A stretch of 63,899 nt of DNA, the filler included, from Octopus bimaculoides (Eukaryota), in assembly GCF_001194135.2 (NCBI RefSeq). It is 6 parts of 6 records of this genome, joined end to end, with 100 filler letters (N's around TTAATTAATTAA, not from the genome) between each part and the next. Parts side by side here need not be neighbours in the genome. Positions count along the whole stretch, not along the records: positions 1 to 19,205 come from NC_069001.1; positions 19,306 to 35,908 come from NC_068983.1; 4 more parts are not named here. The stretch is one strand, 5' to 3'. The notes under the pieces were generated by a model that saw only the letters and a list, made by a program, of their open reading frames with translations, ran no database searches and had not been told where the DNA came from. Position numbers and translations under genes: made by a program. This document shows positions 12,624-26,503 of this stretch, in pieces. Each line of letters begins with the position of its first letter. Position 1 is the stretch's first letter.

Positions 12624-13489
12624 CTTTAGACCTTGTATGATATTCGCATTGGTTCCAGTTTCAACTCTAATGATCCTGGTTTCAATTTTGATTAGTCCTA
12701 GTTTCTCTGAAAATTGTGGTCAGCCAATGTTTCTTTTGCAATAAATTTTTCTATGTTCCTTAGGATAATTAGTGGCTACTTCGCCAGTCATTTTAATATT
12801 GTGCAAATTAAGCTTTCTTAAACTAGACTTTATCAGAAATAAAGAAAGTTTGTATCAGAAGTCTCACCTTCCGCTCTTTGTAAATTGACAAAGAAACATT
12901 TAACTTTAGCTTGAATGACAATCACATTTATTAGCACTTTTGTCTAGTCTGATTATTGATCCATACATTTAAGAGCTGTTTTATTTTAAGCATCACTTCA
13001 GATCTATGCAAAAATGATGTCTGGGCATTTAACAATTTTATCTTTATTGTCACATATTTTTTCCACTGTAGATGATATAAATAATGTTTTTTTGTAATAT
13101 GATTGGCTGCTCCCACATTAAACCATAGTAAAATATCAAGTTTACAAAAGTTTCATGTCCAGCATAATCCCTTTACTACTTCTTTTTACATTACTACCTT
13201 TACTGTCACTTACTGGTTTCTTTCCACTCATCTATATAATAAAAAGGAAATTCTGTCTGTCTGGGACCCCTGTATCTCAGTCTACATTTGCTTTACATAG
13301 ACATATTATACCTTTTTGGAATCAGGATTATCCCAGGATTCAAATCTGCCCTTCATTTGGTTCTTGAACATTCAATATTGTGATCTGATTTAAAAGCATT
13401 TGGGTTGCCATTTCTAGCAGGTAAAGTGACCATGAGAGGTTTCAGAGCCATAGTATTACTCAGATAGAGTTACCTCTCTTAGTTTTACT

Positions 13490-13700
13490 AAGGAATTTAG
13501 TGGTTCTTTTTTCAGTCATCAGACTGCGACCACACTGGGTCACCGCCTTCAAGAATTTGAATCGAACAAATTGACACCAGTTCTTTCTTTTTAAGCCTCG
13601 CACTTTTTTTATTGGCTACTTTTACCGAACTAAGTTATGTGAATGTAAACACACCAACACCAGTTATGTGGTAGTGGGGGACAAACACTGCCATATATAT
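13490..13700 (-). mobile_element. SINE 3' body fragment
   Basis: Matches the repeat at 53640-53850 and 32400-32520 (ttcttcaaggcggtg.cccagcatggccgcagt). Confidence 0.6.
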
Positions 13701-14015
13701 NNNNNNNNNNNNNNNNNNNNNNNNNNNNNNNNNNNNNNNNNNNNNNNNNNNNNNNNNNNNNNNNNNNNNNNNNNNNNNNNNNNNNNNNNNNNNNNNNNNN
13801 NNNNNNNNNNNNNNNNNNNNNNNNNNNNNNNNNNNNNNNNNNNNNNNNNNNNNNNNNNNNNNNNNNNNNNNNNNNNNNNNNNNNNNNNNNNNNNNNNNNN
13901 NNNNNNNNNNNNNNNNNNNNNNNNNNNNNNNNNNNNNNNNNNNNNNNNNNNNNNNNNNNNNNNNNNNNNNNNNNNNNNNNNNNNNNNNNNNNNNNNNNNN
14001 NNNNNNNNNNNNNNG

Positions 14016-14365
14016 GATGCCCTTCCTAACACCAACCACTCCGAGAGTGTAGTGGGTGCTTTTACGTGTCACCAGCACAAGGGCCAGTCAGGCGGTACTG
14101 GCAACGGCCACGCTCAAAATGGTGTTTTATACATGCCACCTGCACAAGAGTCAGTCCAGCGGCACTGGCAACGACCTCGCTCGAATGTTTTCTAACGTGC
14201 CACCGGCACAAGTGCCAGTAAGGCGACGCTGGTAACGATCATGCTCAAATGGTGCTATTTACATGCCACTAGCACGGAAGCCAGACAGCTGCTCTGGCAA
14301 TGATCACGTTCAGAAGGTGCTGTCAGTGCTCCACTGGCATAGGTGCCAGTCATCGAATATGGTTC
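14016..14365 (-). mobile_element. SINE-like repeat with about 5 internal ~65-bp tandem units
   Basis: ggatgcccttcctaacaccaacc followed by repeated gtgccaccggcacaagtgccagt...ctggcaacgatcacgctc..aatggtg units. Confidence 0.75.
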
Positions 14366-14434
14366 AATTACGATTTCGATATATAAAATAATAATTTCTT
14401 AAGTAACCTGAAGATGGTTTTGATATTAATCGTT

Positions 14435-14697
14435 ATTTTGTACAATGGTTGTTTCAACCTTTCCTGTTAATATCCCTTATGGGTGGGACTCCATTCAACA
14501 TATTATGTTATATGCACTAATCAGATGGGGATATAACAACATGGCAGTCAAAACTCAGGATCTTTTGCGAGACATAACTTTATGTATGGATGTACCTGAT
14601 GAGACTCAGACTGCAAAATGGATGTAACACATGGTGAACGGAGACCCACCTATAAGGGATGTTAGCAGGATGGGTTGAAACAAGCGCAGTACAAAAT
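14435..14697. repeat. Fold-back element with ~70-bp inverted arms
   Basis: attttgtacaatggttgtttcaacctttcctgttaatatcccttatgggtggg versus the reverse complement of cccacctataagggatgttagcaggatgggttgaaacaagcgcagtacaaaat. Confidence 0.75.
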
Positions 14698-15049
14698 CAG
14701 GGTCAGTTGAATTGGCGCACATGCAAACACGGGCGAAGGATGACGGGAGAAGCGAATGTGTAGGAGTTGAGGTTAAAAAAACAAGTACATATCGTGATTT
14801 TAGTTTTTAAAATTGCCAAAATTTACAAGACTTTTTGAAAGAACAGAATTACTGTTTGTTCAAAATTTGTGGTTATACTTCTCAATTTCTATAAGTGCAA
14901 CATTCTGCAACCAGAGTTTCTGTAATGCAAGTGATGCATGTACTACATCGTAGAAACACACAAACTGACACATGCAACTGTATAGATATCTATTTTTTTG
15001 CTGACTCGGAGCATCGCTAATTACCTTGAACTCTATATTTTTACTATTT

Positions 15050-15457
15050 GGTGTAGATTTCTGGCTGAGCTCTAAAAGGCAAGACAAAAATTTCCCCAAA
15101 GAATAAAATATAAAAAACCCAAACTAATTTAATATTTGAATTATCTGTTTGTCTTTTTGTCTATTTTTATAGTTTTATACACGTTTTGAGTTCTATTTTC
15201 CAATTTGTATTGCTAACCTTATCTATCTATCTATCTAGAGTGTGAGATNNNNNNNNNNGGTGTAGATTTCTGGCTGAGCTCTAAAAGGCAAGACAAAAAT
15301 TTCCCCAAAGAATAAAATATAAAAAACCCAAACTAATTTAATATTTGAATTATCTGTTTGTCTTTTTGTCTATTTTTATAGTTTTATACACGTTTTGAGT
15401 TCTATTTTCCAATTTGTATTGCTAACCTTATCTATCTATCTATCTAGAGTGTGAGAT
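15050..15457. other. Exact 199-bp duplication across a 10-N gap (assembly overlap artefact)
   Basis: 15050-15248 reads identical to 15259-15457. Confidence 0.85.
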
Positions 15458-15475
15458 ATATAAATACAGAGAGAA

Positions 15476-15556
<81 letters not shown>

Positions 15557-16092
15557 AATATGCTATATAAAAATGCGCGCATTTATGTAGTCACGATATA
15601 TCAAAATATACGCACATATTTGCAGAAAGAGTTATTATAAATATATTGGTAACACATACTTAGTGCATAATCAACACAAGTGCAAATGAAAGACCCTGAC
15701 AATCATAGTCACATGAACTACTGTGCACGGCTCACACACTGATACGCACTCATGTGAGCATGCAAAAGCTATTACAAGCACCGTGTTGCTCGTACATTAG
15801 TCCCGCGCGCACACACACGCACATGCACACATACGCACACGCGCGCGCACATACACACATGTAAATTTATATTTATTACATAGCCATGTACGAACTCTTA
15901 TAATAAAAGACCCAGAAGTACATACCACGTAAACTCTTTCACCATATAAATATATAGATAAATATATGCAGCACACTAGTTTAAACATACGTACAGCTGC
16001 GGATACATTCATATAACTACACGTATATTGTACAATATATATAGGTCTAAATGTACGCACATTGCATTCAGTAATAGGAACACGAATAGCTG

Positions 16093-16145
<53 letters not shown>

Positions 16146-19100
16146 TACACGCGTGCGCCCACACACACGCACACACTCATTTAATCTGCTTTTGAGAGAG
16201 AAACTACAGACACGCAGTTACTCAAAACAAATGCACTCATGTGACAGCCGTACACATACAGGTACAATCACATACACACGCTTGCACGTACACAATATTA
16301 CGATCACTTAGACATGCACTGTTCATGAACTACTTAAAACGTGGTCACTCGAGCTGCTAGAAGGAGCAGTCAAATCTCTCTAATATCACATCCTACTATC
16401 TCTGAGACATTAAAAAAATGTAGTTAGTCTTAGATAATCTTAAATAGACAGGATGGTCACGGATGGAATTTCTTTGTCGTTTGACTTGGTGTTAAACGAC
16501 AACGTACACATACATTCATTGTATGATACACACATGCGCTCAATGTACATAGCGGTATTTTGAAAGTAGGAATGCGCATACTATTGTATTATCACGCTCA
16601 CACACGAACGATGTTACTATTACACAGTCACATATACTACATTTCAGTCACGCACAGATACACCACAAAAACACCAACATCTGTCTACACCTTAAATACT
16701 ATGGGAATACATAACGCACTATCATCATACACATACACCACAACACGTTGTAACACTCACATGCTCACCGTAGAAGGTACACTGTATTACATACACACAC
16801 ACACAAAGAAACAGACTCAGCATCCAACATAGACATCCACACTCAAGTATTATACACAGAAATACACACAATTATATATATTAACACAATCACGAGACTG
16901 AGTGCCTCGCTGAAGTTGACTAAATCATCGGCATCGTCTAGCAAGAGAATTCCAGAGATCTGTGAATGAAAGAGACACACTCGCACACACACACACGCAC
17001 AAACACACACACACACACGCACGCACATTATCTATCTATCTATCTATCTCAATACACACACATACATATATCTCAGTATATATATATATCTCAATCTCAA
17101 TCTCAATATATATATGGGAATACATACATACACACACACATATATATATATATATACATGGAGAGAACGAAGAATAAATGCTAGACAGGATGTATGCGTG
17201 CGCGTGCATATGTGTGTGCATACGTACAGAGAGGCACATAGATACATATAGATAGGTAGGTAGATGGATGTAATTTATTCAGTAGAAACAATGCTGGGAG
17301 AAGATAGCTTGGTTGTTACGGCAAAGCAACAACGCCTTAAACCTGTGAAGGTGGGGGTGGGGGCAGAATATGTCTCCCCACCTCCACCCGTGTCACGTCT
17401 CTATCTGTCTTCCAATGCTATAGTGTCAGGGACTGAAGACATGTAGTTGTCACTGCTGGTGCCGTTGTTGTTTAACCCCAACCCAACCCAACCCTGATCG
17501 TGCGGACCGATGATCAAAGGTAGTAAAAACGCAACCATCCTGTCTTTTCCCTACGTGCACGGAGCCTAACCCAGGAATACATTACCCAACCATTTCTTTA
17601 TAAGGTTGTAGTGTATGAGTCGAAGGAGTCTTGGCTGCTATTTCTAGTAGATCACACGACCATGTAGAGATTCTTATGTTGGCTGAGGTTGTTATTGTTT
17701 GTATCATAAGGACGGTAAAAGTCGGTGGTTGTCTCTCTTTCGTGCCCAGCCCTCGAACACCCTAAATAACTTGGCCTGAGATTTGATCGAACAAGAAGTC
17801 AGTCGGTGGTGACGGAAGTAGAGTTATTTGACACTTTAGCCGTTTTAGGGGTTTTCTGTCTGTGTGACACTTCCTCACTCTTTTGTCACTCCGTCTGTTT
17901 CTGTTTCACTTACTCTGTCAGTCTTTAACTCGCTGTCAGGCTTTCCTTCCCTTTTTCCTCACACTTTTCGCTTTCCCCTTAGCACTTCCTCTGCCTTATA
18001 CTCACTCGCTCTGTACCTCTCAGCTTCACACTCCTTCTCTTTGTCTTCATCTCTCTCTCTCTTTTATACTGTCACTCCATCACTTTGTCTGTTCCCCTCC
18101 GTCTGCCAAATTCTCCTCCAATCTCTCTCATAGTGTGCAACTATTTCTTGAGATAGATAGATAAAGACAGCGAGAGAGTAAGAGAGAGAGTGAGAGAGAA
18201 AGAAAGAAAGAGCACGTGCACAAGATATACATTTTGACAAACACCTTGCAAAGGGAGCTTACCTCAATCACTACTACCACTATCATCATCATCATCATCA
18301 CCACGACGATGATTGAGATGATAACGGCAGAGTGCATTAGGTTTCCACCCCACTTCATTGTCAAAGAAACACACATAAGAATACAGTTTGTTTCATACCC
18401 CTTCCTTTTTGCTTTTTTTTTTTCTCTTCCGCTCACCTAATTTGTTTCATTCTTTTCACACGGTTCTGCAAGAGGGTCCACTGACGACATTTATTTTATT
18501 TTCAGGGCCATTTTTCAAACCAGAAATTGTTCCCGATTTCTCCCATCTCTCTAATATTATTATTGATATTAGTACCGGTCTAATACTCATCGATCTCGAA
18601 TGACGGAATCGGTTAATTTGTGTATAAGTTTAAAAAGATAAATTCATTGTTTCGAACCCTAGTAGCTGAAGAAGAAACCATTATTATTCTTAGTTTTAGT
18701 ACCAGTCAAATACTGTGGTTGATTTGACTCTTATGATCTCTTAAAATTGTTGGTCTAGTCGCTGAGCTACAAATTATTAGCATCGGTTAAATACCGAGTT
18801 TCGCTTCACTAATTATAATACTCTTCTTAAAATATCTACAGCTTTGTTAAGACATTACTGGGGCGACAGAATCAGCTTGTTCCTCCAACTCAAATTTAGG
18901 GATCTTATGCTTAAAAGTTACAAATCATCACGAATAAAAACTATTGTAGTTTCATTTCAGAAAATCAAAATAGAATTTTCTTTTTCATAAGATTTATTGA
19001 TTTTTGTTAGTTTTTATTTAATTACTCAAAATATAATTTTTCTTTTTTTTTTTTTAGGGCTAGCTTAACGATTGTAAAAAATAAACACTAACCAAAGACG

Positions 19101-19250
19101 CCAACTAATTAAGGCAAAAGAAAAGAAGCAAGTGAATTGCATTAAAAGCGATTCCTTTCCCCAATATACAATTCCCCATCTTATTCATTCTTTCCTTCTT
19201 TCCTTNNNNNNNNNNNNNNNNNNNNNNNNNNNNNNNNNNNNNNNNNNNNT

Positions 19251-19262
19251 TAATTAATTAAN
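19251..19262. other. Artificial TTAATTAATTAA gap linker (also near 35953, 42667, 60057, 62838)
   Basis: Identical 12-mer, with stops in all six frames, always embedded between runs of N. Confidence 0.9.
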
Positions 19263-19305
19263 NNNNNNNNNNNNNNNNNNNNNNNNNNNNNNNNNNNNNN
19301 NNNNN

Positions 19306-19519
19306 ATATTCAGACAAATACATTAAAAAAACACCAGGACTTACAAATATATATAACATACAGAAAATTGCACTACTGGGTACTGCACACATTCTATGCA
19401 AAACACTTTCAATACAGTAAACATAAGAGCACCACAGCAAACTACAGCACATACCTAAGGCGCACAGAGCTGCGCTCGGTAGTGAAGTGAAAGCACATTA
19501 TACAAATAAAACTACTGAA
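19306..19519 (+). mobile_element. 3' end of an R4/Dong-type RLE LINE (subfamily A)
   Basis: IQKIALLGTAHIL.KTLSIQ* plus a 3' UTR with gcgcacagagctgcgc, then (AAT)n; near-identical to 26300-26503. Confidence 0.85.
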
Positions 19520-19567
19520 CAATAATAATAATGATAATAATAATAACAGCAATAATAATAATAACAA

Positions 19568-19602
<35 letters not shown>

Positions 19603-19610
19603 GCAATAAT

Positions 19611-19679
<69 letters not shown>

Positions 19680-22600
19680 CATCCATGATATAGACAAATG
19701 CCTGTTGGAGATTGAAACAAACCAAAACAATTTTTTGTTATTTTTCGAACTAACACAGATAGAGTGAACAATTCATAAGTTTAAGACCACCACAAAACTA
19801 TGCCTGAAGATAAATCCATCAACAAAAGAAATACAGACGTATACAGATCTATCAGCCTTAAGAAGCTACGTTACGAGCAATGTTTATATGCAGAGAACTC
19901 GGCGATGGTGTTGTCTCAAAAAAATTAACCCTCAACAGACAGATTCATCCCCTAATGTCAACGTTCAAGCTCGTCATGCCTCAATGATAAGAAAGCAAAA
20001 TCTATACCGGATTGGTGGTCAACCCGATTACCAAGGACTAGGTACTCGAAAGACGAACCAGATTCGATACGAAAAATGAGATAATGGCTCAAATCTTCCA
20101 GAAACACAGGAGCTGGAATTACCCCACAACCGGAATATTCCAACAGATGGCCATCCACTCTCATCATCAAATAATTATGTGAAAAGAATGAAAAATGATG
20201 TAGGGGAGATAATAAACAAGTTCTTACGGCCGTCTGCCATACCATATATTTTCCCAGAAATAAATCTAATAGTGTACAAACCTACTTAAACTGGAAACAG
20301 AATCACCTTGAAGTAAGACCCTAGAGAGACGGTAACAACCTTGCCAACGTCAGAAGAAACATTATGATAGAGAAATTACGAAATGAATTAGAGATTGACC
20401 AAAGTAAACAATCAGTAAAGGATAAAAGGAACGAAGCTGCAGCTAATGAAAATACCACAGAGGAAATAATTATAAACCAGCCCAGGGCTGATGAAAATAC
20501 AATGATCATTGAAAGAGTTAACGTAACTGATAAGCAAAGTGAAATACTCTCTGAACCAACCATATACATTAAGGCAGATGAAAATCAAATAGATGAAGAG
20601 TGTCACACACAAATTGACCCAACAGAACTACATGATCTAAAAAATAAAATCATGACTGGATGGCTGAAAATTAAATAAACCAGTATGAATGAACGCGCCA
20701 CTCTTCCAAAAGTTTACAATTTTAAACAAAACTTGAAAATAATTGGTAAAATCCCTCTTGCACTTGAGGATATAATTTCAGCTAATGATGTTGATATTAC
20801 AGATCTCATCCACCAGCACTATGCATCCGCGGAAATCTCAAAGATTCTATGTGGTAAAAACCTCAGAAAACGACAACATTCCCATAAAAAGCCTATTTGG
20901 CAAGAATGCATTCGACAGCAATTTCAGTCACTAAGGTCCGACATAGGATGTTTAAAATACCTTAAGCTTGACAAGACTATCAAACCAACAAAAACTCGAC
21001 AATGAAAGAAAAGATTTAATAGGAAAACCATATTTGACATCGATACCATCATAGAAAATATCAAACAAAAGGTATGTGCTAAAGCTGCCCGCATAGCAAG
21101 GTATGAAAAATGCGTTAGATTCTTCAAGGACAACACCAAATTCAAAAATAACCCACAAATGTTTACAAGATAGAGAAATACCAGTTACGCTAATGTCTAT
21201 CCTATCAGAAAAAGTGCAGGAATTGTGTAATTAAATTTGAGTAGAAGAAAAAGTCGATGAAAAGGCCCCTTGGATTGGTAGAACATCTACAGACTTAGAA
21301 GAGCAAACGTGGGAGGGTATCAAGGTAAAGGATATAAGATCTGCTCTCAGGAATGAAGCAAATGGAAGGCTACAGGAAAGGATAATAGTCCTAACTTCTG
21401 GTTGAATGCCTTCCCAGAGCAATGAACAGCTAACAAAACTTTACAAGAACGTTTTGCTACAACCTAGTATAATTTCCTACAGGCTAGTTAATGGTGTAAC
21501 ATTCCTCCTTCCAAAAAATAAATAAAGAACTGAATCAAAAAAGTATAGACTCATTACCTGCTTAACAACAATGTAAAAAAAAAAAACGCTAGCAACCGTC
21601 TAGACCGAATGTACCAATATTTTTTTTAAAATAGAAAATGGCAAATTCCACAATGAGCAAAAAGGATATAAACATGGGCCCTATGATTGTAAAGATCAGC
21701 TACTCATCAATAAGATGTTCTTGGAAGGTTGTCAAAAACGATACCGAACCTTGTCGTAATCTGGATAGACTATAAAGATGCTTTTGATAGTATACCACTT
21801 AGATGGATTAAGAAATATCTGGAAACGTTTAAAATAGCACCTACTCTGCGAAATTTCTTGTCTGTAAGTATGAGATCATAGAGAAACACATTGACTTTGA
21901 AGAGTGACAATGAAACTCTTAATGCTGGAGATGTAAACCTTTCATGTTGAAATTTCTAGGGTGAATCTCTATCACTCCTCCACTTTTATCTAGCCTTAAT
22001 ACCTCTCTGGAAATTGCTCAGTGATTTACGGATATAAAATGTTTGACAAAATATATATAATCTCATTTACAGGGATGATTTAAAGCTCTTTGCAAAAATG
22101 ACCAGCAACTACAGGGCTTACTAGCAATTGTTAAACAATTCAGTGGTGACATCAGGAAGCAATTTGACCGCAATAAACGTGCAAAAGCTACCTTTATCAC
22201 AAGAAAAATAACAGAAACAACTAATGTTAATCTCTAATAGCAGAATGTCATAAAGTAATTAGAAGCAGCGGAGAGCTACAAATTCCTAGGTGTATTTGAA
22301 AGGAACGAAATCAAACATTCAGTGAGGAGGGAAAGGATCAAAAGAGAGTGTTATCGCAGGGAACGAGCAATATTCAAGACAGTGCTGTATGCAAGAAACA
22401 GGATCGAAGCGATCAATACTTTAGCCATACCAGTTGCGATTCTGAGTTTCAATATCATTGACTGTTCAATTGCTGAAATATGTAATCTTGACAGAAAAAT
22501 ACGAAAATTGTTGACATTGGATAGGATGCAGATATAGAAAGACTTTATCTGCCAAGAAAAGAGGGTGACCGTGGACTTTTTGGAATTAACAATGAAGATT

Positions 22601-23823
22601 TTCACACTTGCCCTAGACACCAGCCTGAAAAAATCTGATGACTGGATGTTAAAACTTGTCTCAAAGTATGAAAACAAGAAAGCATCAAACTTAGTAACAA
22701 AACAGACAAAGGAATCCCTAAGTGAATTCGAAATACAACAAATTCCGGAATTAGACTACTAGAAACAAGCACAGAAAAAGCTAAGCGTATAGAAACCCGT
22801 GTTGAAATTGCTGCCTTAGTTATTTTCACTGACAAATTGCAAGGAAAATCTCTCAATGGCAAATACACAAAGAGAGCTGATAGTGCCGATGTTGAGAAAG
22901 CACTTACCCAGGAATGGTTAGGGTCTTTTCTCTTAAAATCATAGACAGAAGTGTTTATCAATGCCTACCTACAAAAAACTACCAGGGCAACATATCAAAG
23001 AACGGCAGCTGCCTAACATGTGGTGTATGTCAACAACAAAATGAAACCATTGTCAGCAACAAAATGAAACCAAAGGCGCAAGTAGACTGCACATGGAGGC
23101 AACATGTCTCCGTGAGCAGTCTTCTTGCGCCTACAGGGTACATCAACAGGCATAATAGAGCAGTACAAAATATACACTGAGTAATTTGCAAAAATGTGGA
23201 CATGCCCCATGATAAAACTGGTGGGAGCACAAACCACGTCCAGTGCTTGAAAATGATCACATCTCACTCCTCTAGAACTTCACCATTCAAACTGACAGAA
23301 CGATAGATGCGAATAGGCCAGAGACTATATTGAAAAAGGTCGGACAAAAATCATGACACCTCATTGATATAACTGTTCCAATTGATATAAATGTATCTGT
23401 CAAGACCAACCACCAACTGAGCAAGTATAAAGTTCGTGAAATATAAATTGGCAAAATGTGGAACCTTACGACTAAACCAATACTTGTTGTTGTAGGTGCC
23501 TTAGGAATGATAGCAAAAGGGACTGATTGCTCCCTAGCAAAAATACGAGGAAACCCCCAAAATGAAAGAAATTCAAAAGAATGTGCTCATGTGTACTGCC
23601 CAAATCCTACGTAAATTAATGTCTATATGATCTCAAATTTTAAAACAGACTCATAATTAGAGATGTTTTCTTAAACATTCTTTAGAACAATACTATTTAC
23701 AAAGCCAAATATATGACACCCTAGACATAACACCAACATCAAGGTCTAACTTGTCTCTTGAAGCCTTTGGGTTAGATTTGGAGCCAAGTTATACAATTAG
23801 AAATCAAAAGTCAAACATGCAGA
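19680..23823 (+). mobile_element. Near full-length decayed R4/Dong-type non-LTR retrotransposon (RT plus restriction-like endonuclease)
   Basis: Frameshifted RT motifs ITCLTTM, EQKG...KDQLLINKM, WIDYKDAFDSIP, YRDDLKLFAK, YKFLGV, AINTLAIPV; a CxxC knuckle region; QTDRTIDANRP and LIDITVP endonuclease region; flanked by (AAT)n on both sides. Confidence 0.88.
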
Positions 23824-23836
23824 AATAATAATAATG

Positions 23837-23905
<69 letters not shown>

Positions 23906-23908
<3 letters not shown>

Positions 23909-24915
23909 CACGCCAGAAAAAGGTCACAGAAAACGAGAAAGCAACCATACTCTGGGATATGCCAATACACACAGATAGAGAAATTAAGGCAAATAGACCA
24001 CATATAGTTGTCAAAGATGATGAAGAAAAAAAAATGCTTTCTAATTGATGTATCAATACCAGCAGATGACAACGNNNNNNNNNNNNNNNNNNNNNNNNNN
24101 NNNNNNNNNNNNNNNNNNNNNNNNNNNNNNNNNNNNNNNNNNNNNNNNNNNNNNNNNNNNNNNNNNNNNNNNNNNNNNNNNNNNNNNNNNNNNNNNNNNN
24201 NNNNNNNNNNNNNNNNNNNNNNNNNNNNNNNNNNNNNNNNNNNNNNNNNNNNNNNNNNNNNNNNNNNNNNNNNNNNNNNNNNNNNNNNNNNNNNNNNNNN
24301 NNNNNNNNNNNNNNNNNNNNNNNNNNNNNNNNNNNNNNNNNNNNNNNNNNNNNNNNNNNNNNNNNNNNNNNNNNNNNNNNNNNNNNNNNNNNNNNNNNNN
24401 NNNNNNNNNNNNNNNNNNNNNNNNNNNNNNNNNNNNNNNNNNNNNNNNNNNNNNNNNNNNNNNNNNNNNNNNNNNNNNNNNNNNNNNNNNNNNNNNNNNN
24501 NNNNNNNNNNNNNNNNNNNNNNNNNNNNNNNNNNNNNNNNNNNNNNNNNNNNNNNNNNNNNNNNNNNNNNNNNNNNNNNNNNNNNNNNNNNNNNNNNNNN
24601 NNNNNNNNNNNNNNNNNNNNNNNNNNNNNNNNNNNNNNNNNNNNNNNNNNNNNNNNNNNNNNNNNNNNNNNNNNNNNNNNNNNNNNNNNNNNNNNNNNNN
24701 NNNNNNNNNNNNNNNNNNNNNNNNNNNNNNNNNNNNNNNNNNNNNNNNNNNNNNNNNNNNNNNNNNNNNNNNNNNNNNNNNNNNNNNNNNNNNNNNNNNN
24801 NNNNNNNNNNNNNNNNNNNNNNNNNNNNNNNNNNNNNNNNNNNCACATAACCAAGGCGCACAGAGCTGCGCTCGGTAGTGAAGTGAAAGCACGTTATAAA
24901 AATAAAACTACTGAA
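23906..24915 (+). mobile_element. 5'-truncated R4/Dong-type LINE (subfamily A), gapped
   Basis: HTPEKVTENEKATILWDMPIHTDREIKANRPHIVV..CFLIDVSIP (RLE domain) begins directly after (AAT)n; the subfamily A 3' UTR follows the gap. Confidence 0.85.
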
Positions 24916-24934
24916 CAATAATAATAATAATAAT

Positions 24935-25350
24935 GTCAGTTGTTTGACCTTAACCAGATGAGCATGTCTCTTGGTGGCTGACGATATGTGCATCTCTGAT
25001 CACGAGCAGAAGTAGTGGGGGAGCATCATAGCCATGTGTTGAGAGGAATTCTTTGGGGTTTGGATAATTCACCTTTGGAAACATGGGTGTTTTGTATCCT
25101 TAAACAAACCTTCTTCAGGGACCTTTTGAGCGGGATGGGCAACTCGACCTGAAACAAATTCTAACTGGGCCCCACCTGCGAGGTCATGCGCTGTTTATCT
25201 TGATATGAGATCACCATATTATGCACATATGGTTGTGATGCATGTGTGTGGTGTATCCTTATCAGACGGGTAGTCATGATGGGTATAATGGGCTTCGTAT
25301 ATTTTACCCCAGTGTCACTTTGATGGCATGCACTGCTCTCTCGCTCAATA
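24935..25350 (+). repeat. Unclassified interspersed repeat wedged between LINE copies
   Basis: Non-coding 415 bp between an (AAT)n tail and the next LINE junction; ends in ctcgctcaata. Confidence 0.4.
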
Positions 25351-26498
25351 GCCCCTACATGGTAAGTTTACCGTGAAAAGCCGCTACATGGTAAATACTC
25401 GGCTAAACTAAATGCGAAAGAAATAGACAGAGAAAAATCCCAGCAATGGCTGAGAAGCTCAGGACTCAAAGCAGAGACTGAAGGATTTTTAATTGCTGCA
25501 CAAGACCAGAGCCTCCCCACCAGAAATTACCAAAAACACATAGTGAAAAGAAATATAACAAGTAACTGTAGAATATGTGGAGATGGACAAGAAACAATAA
25601 ATCATATTATCTCTGGCTGCCCAGTCCTGGCTAAGAAGGAATATATTCACAGACACGACAGAGCTGGGACCTATATACACTGGAAGCTATGCCANNNNNN
25701 NNNNNNNNNNNNNNNNNNNNNNNNNNNNNNNNNNNNNNNNNNNNNNNNNNNNNNNNNNNNNNNNNNNNNNNNNNNNNNNNNNNNNNNNNNNNNNNNNNNN
25801 NNNNNNNNNNNNNNNNNNNNNNNNNNNNNNNNNNNNNNNNNNNNNNNNNNNNNNNNNNNNNNNNNNNNNNNNNNNNNNNNNNNNNNNNNNNNNNNNNNNN
25901 NNNNNNNNNNNNNNNNNNNNNNNNNNNNNNNNNNNNNNNNNNNNNNNNNNNNNNNNNNNNNNNNNNNNNNNNNNNNNNNNNNNNNNNNNNNNNNNNNNNN
26001 NNNNNNNNNNNNNNNNNNNNNNNNNNNNNNNNNNNNNNNNNNNNNNNNNNNNNNNNNNNNNNNNNNNNNNNNNNNNNNNNNNNNNNNNNNNNNNNNNNNN
26101 NNNNNNNNNNNNNNNNNNNNNNNNNNNNNNNNNNNNNNNNNNNNNNNNNNNNNNNNNNNNNNNNNNNNNNNNNNNNNNNNNNNNNNNNNNNNNNNNNNNN
26201 NNNNNNNNNNNNNNNNNNNNNNNNNNNNNNNNNNNNNNNNNNNNNNNNNNNNNNNNNNNNNNNNNNNNNNNNNNNNNNNNNNNNNNNNNNNNNNNNNNNA
26301 AATACATAACCAAGACACCAGGACTTACAAATATATATAACATACAGAAAATTGCACTACTGGGTACTGCACACATTCTACGCAAAACACTTTCAATACA
26401 GTAACCATAAGATCACCACAGCAAACCACAGCACATACCCAAGGCGCACAGAGCTGCGCTCGGTAGTGAAGTGAAAGCACGTTATAAAAATAAAACTA

Positions 26499-26503
<5 letters not shown>
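25351..26503 (+). mobile_element. 5'-truncated R4/Dong-type LINE (subfamily A), gapped
   Basis: KAETEGFLIAAQDQSLPTRNY...CRICGDGQETINHIISGC...YIHRHD (CCHC knuckle); 3' end IQKIALLGTAHILRKTLSIQ* then (AAT)n. Confidence 0.9.

Noticed and set aside
15050-15457. 199-bp tandem duplication
   Set aside because: Identical copies abut a 10-N gap; unmerged contig overlap.
19251-19262. Recurrent TTAATTAATTAA palindrome
   Set aside because: Always flanked by N runs; a scaffolding linker rather than genomic sequence.
23797-24993. Long ORFs in the track spanning N runs (also 34177, 46623, 51893, 53783, 61048)
   Set aside because: Length comes from untranslatable gaps and dinucleotide repeats.
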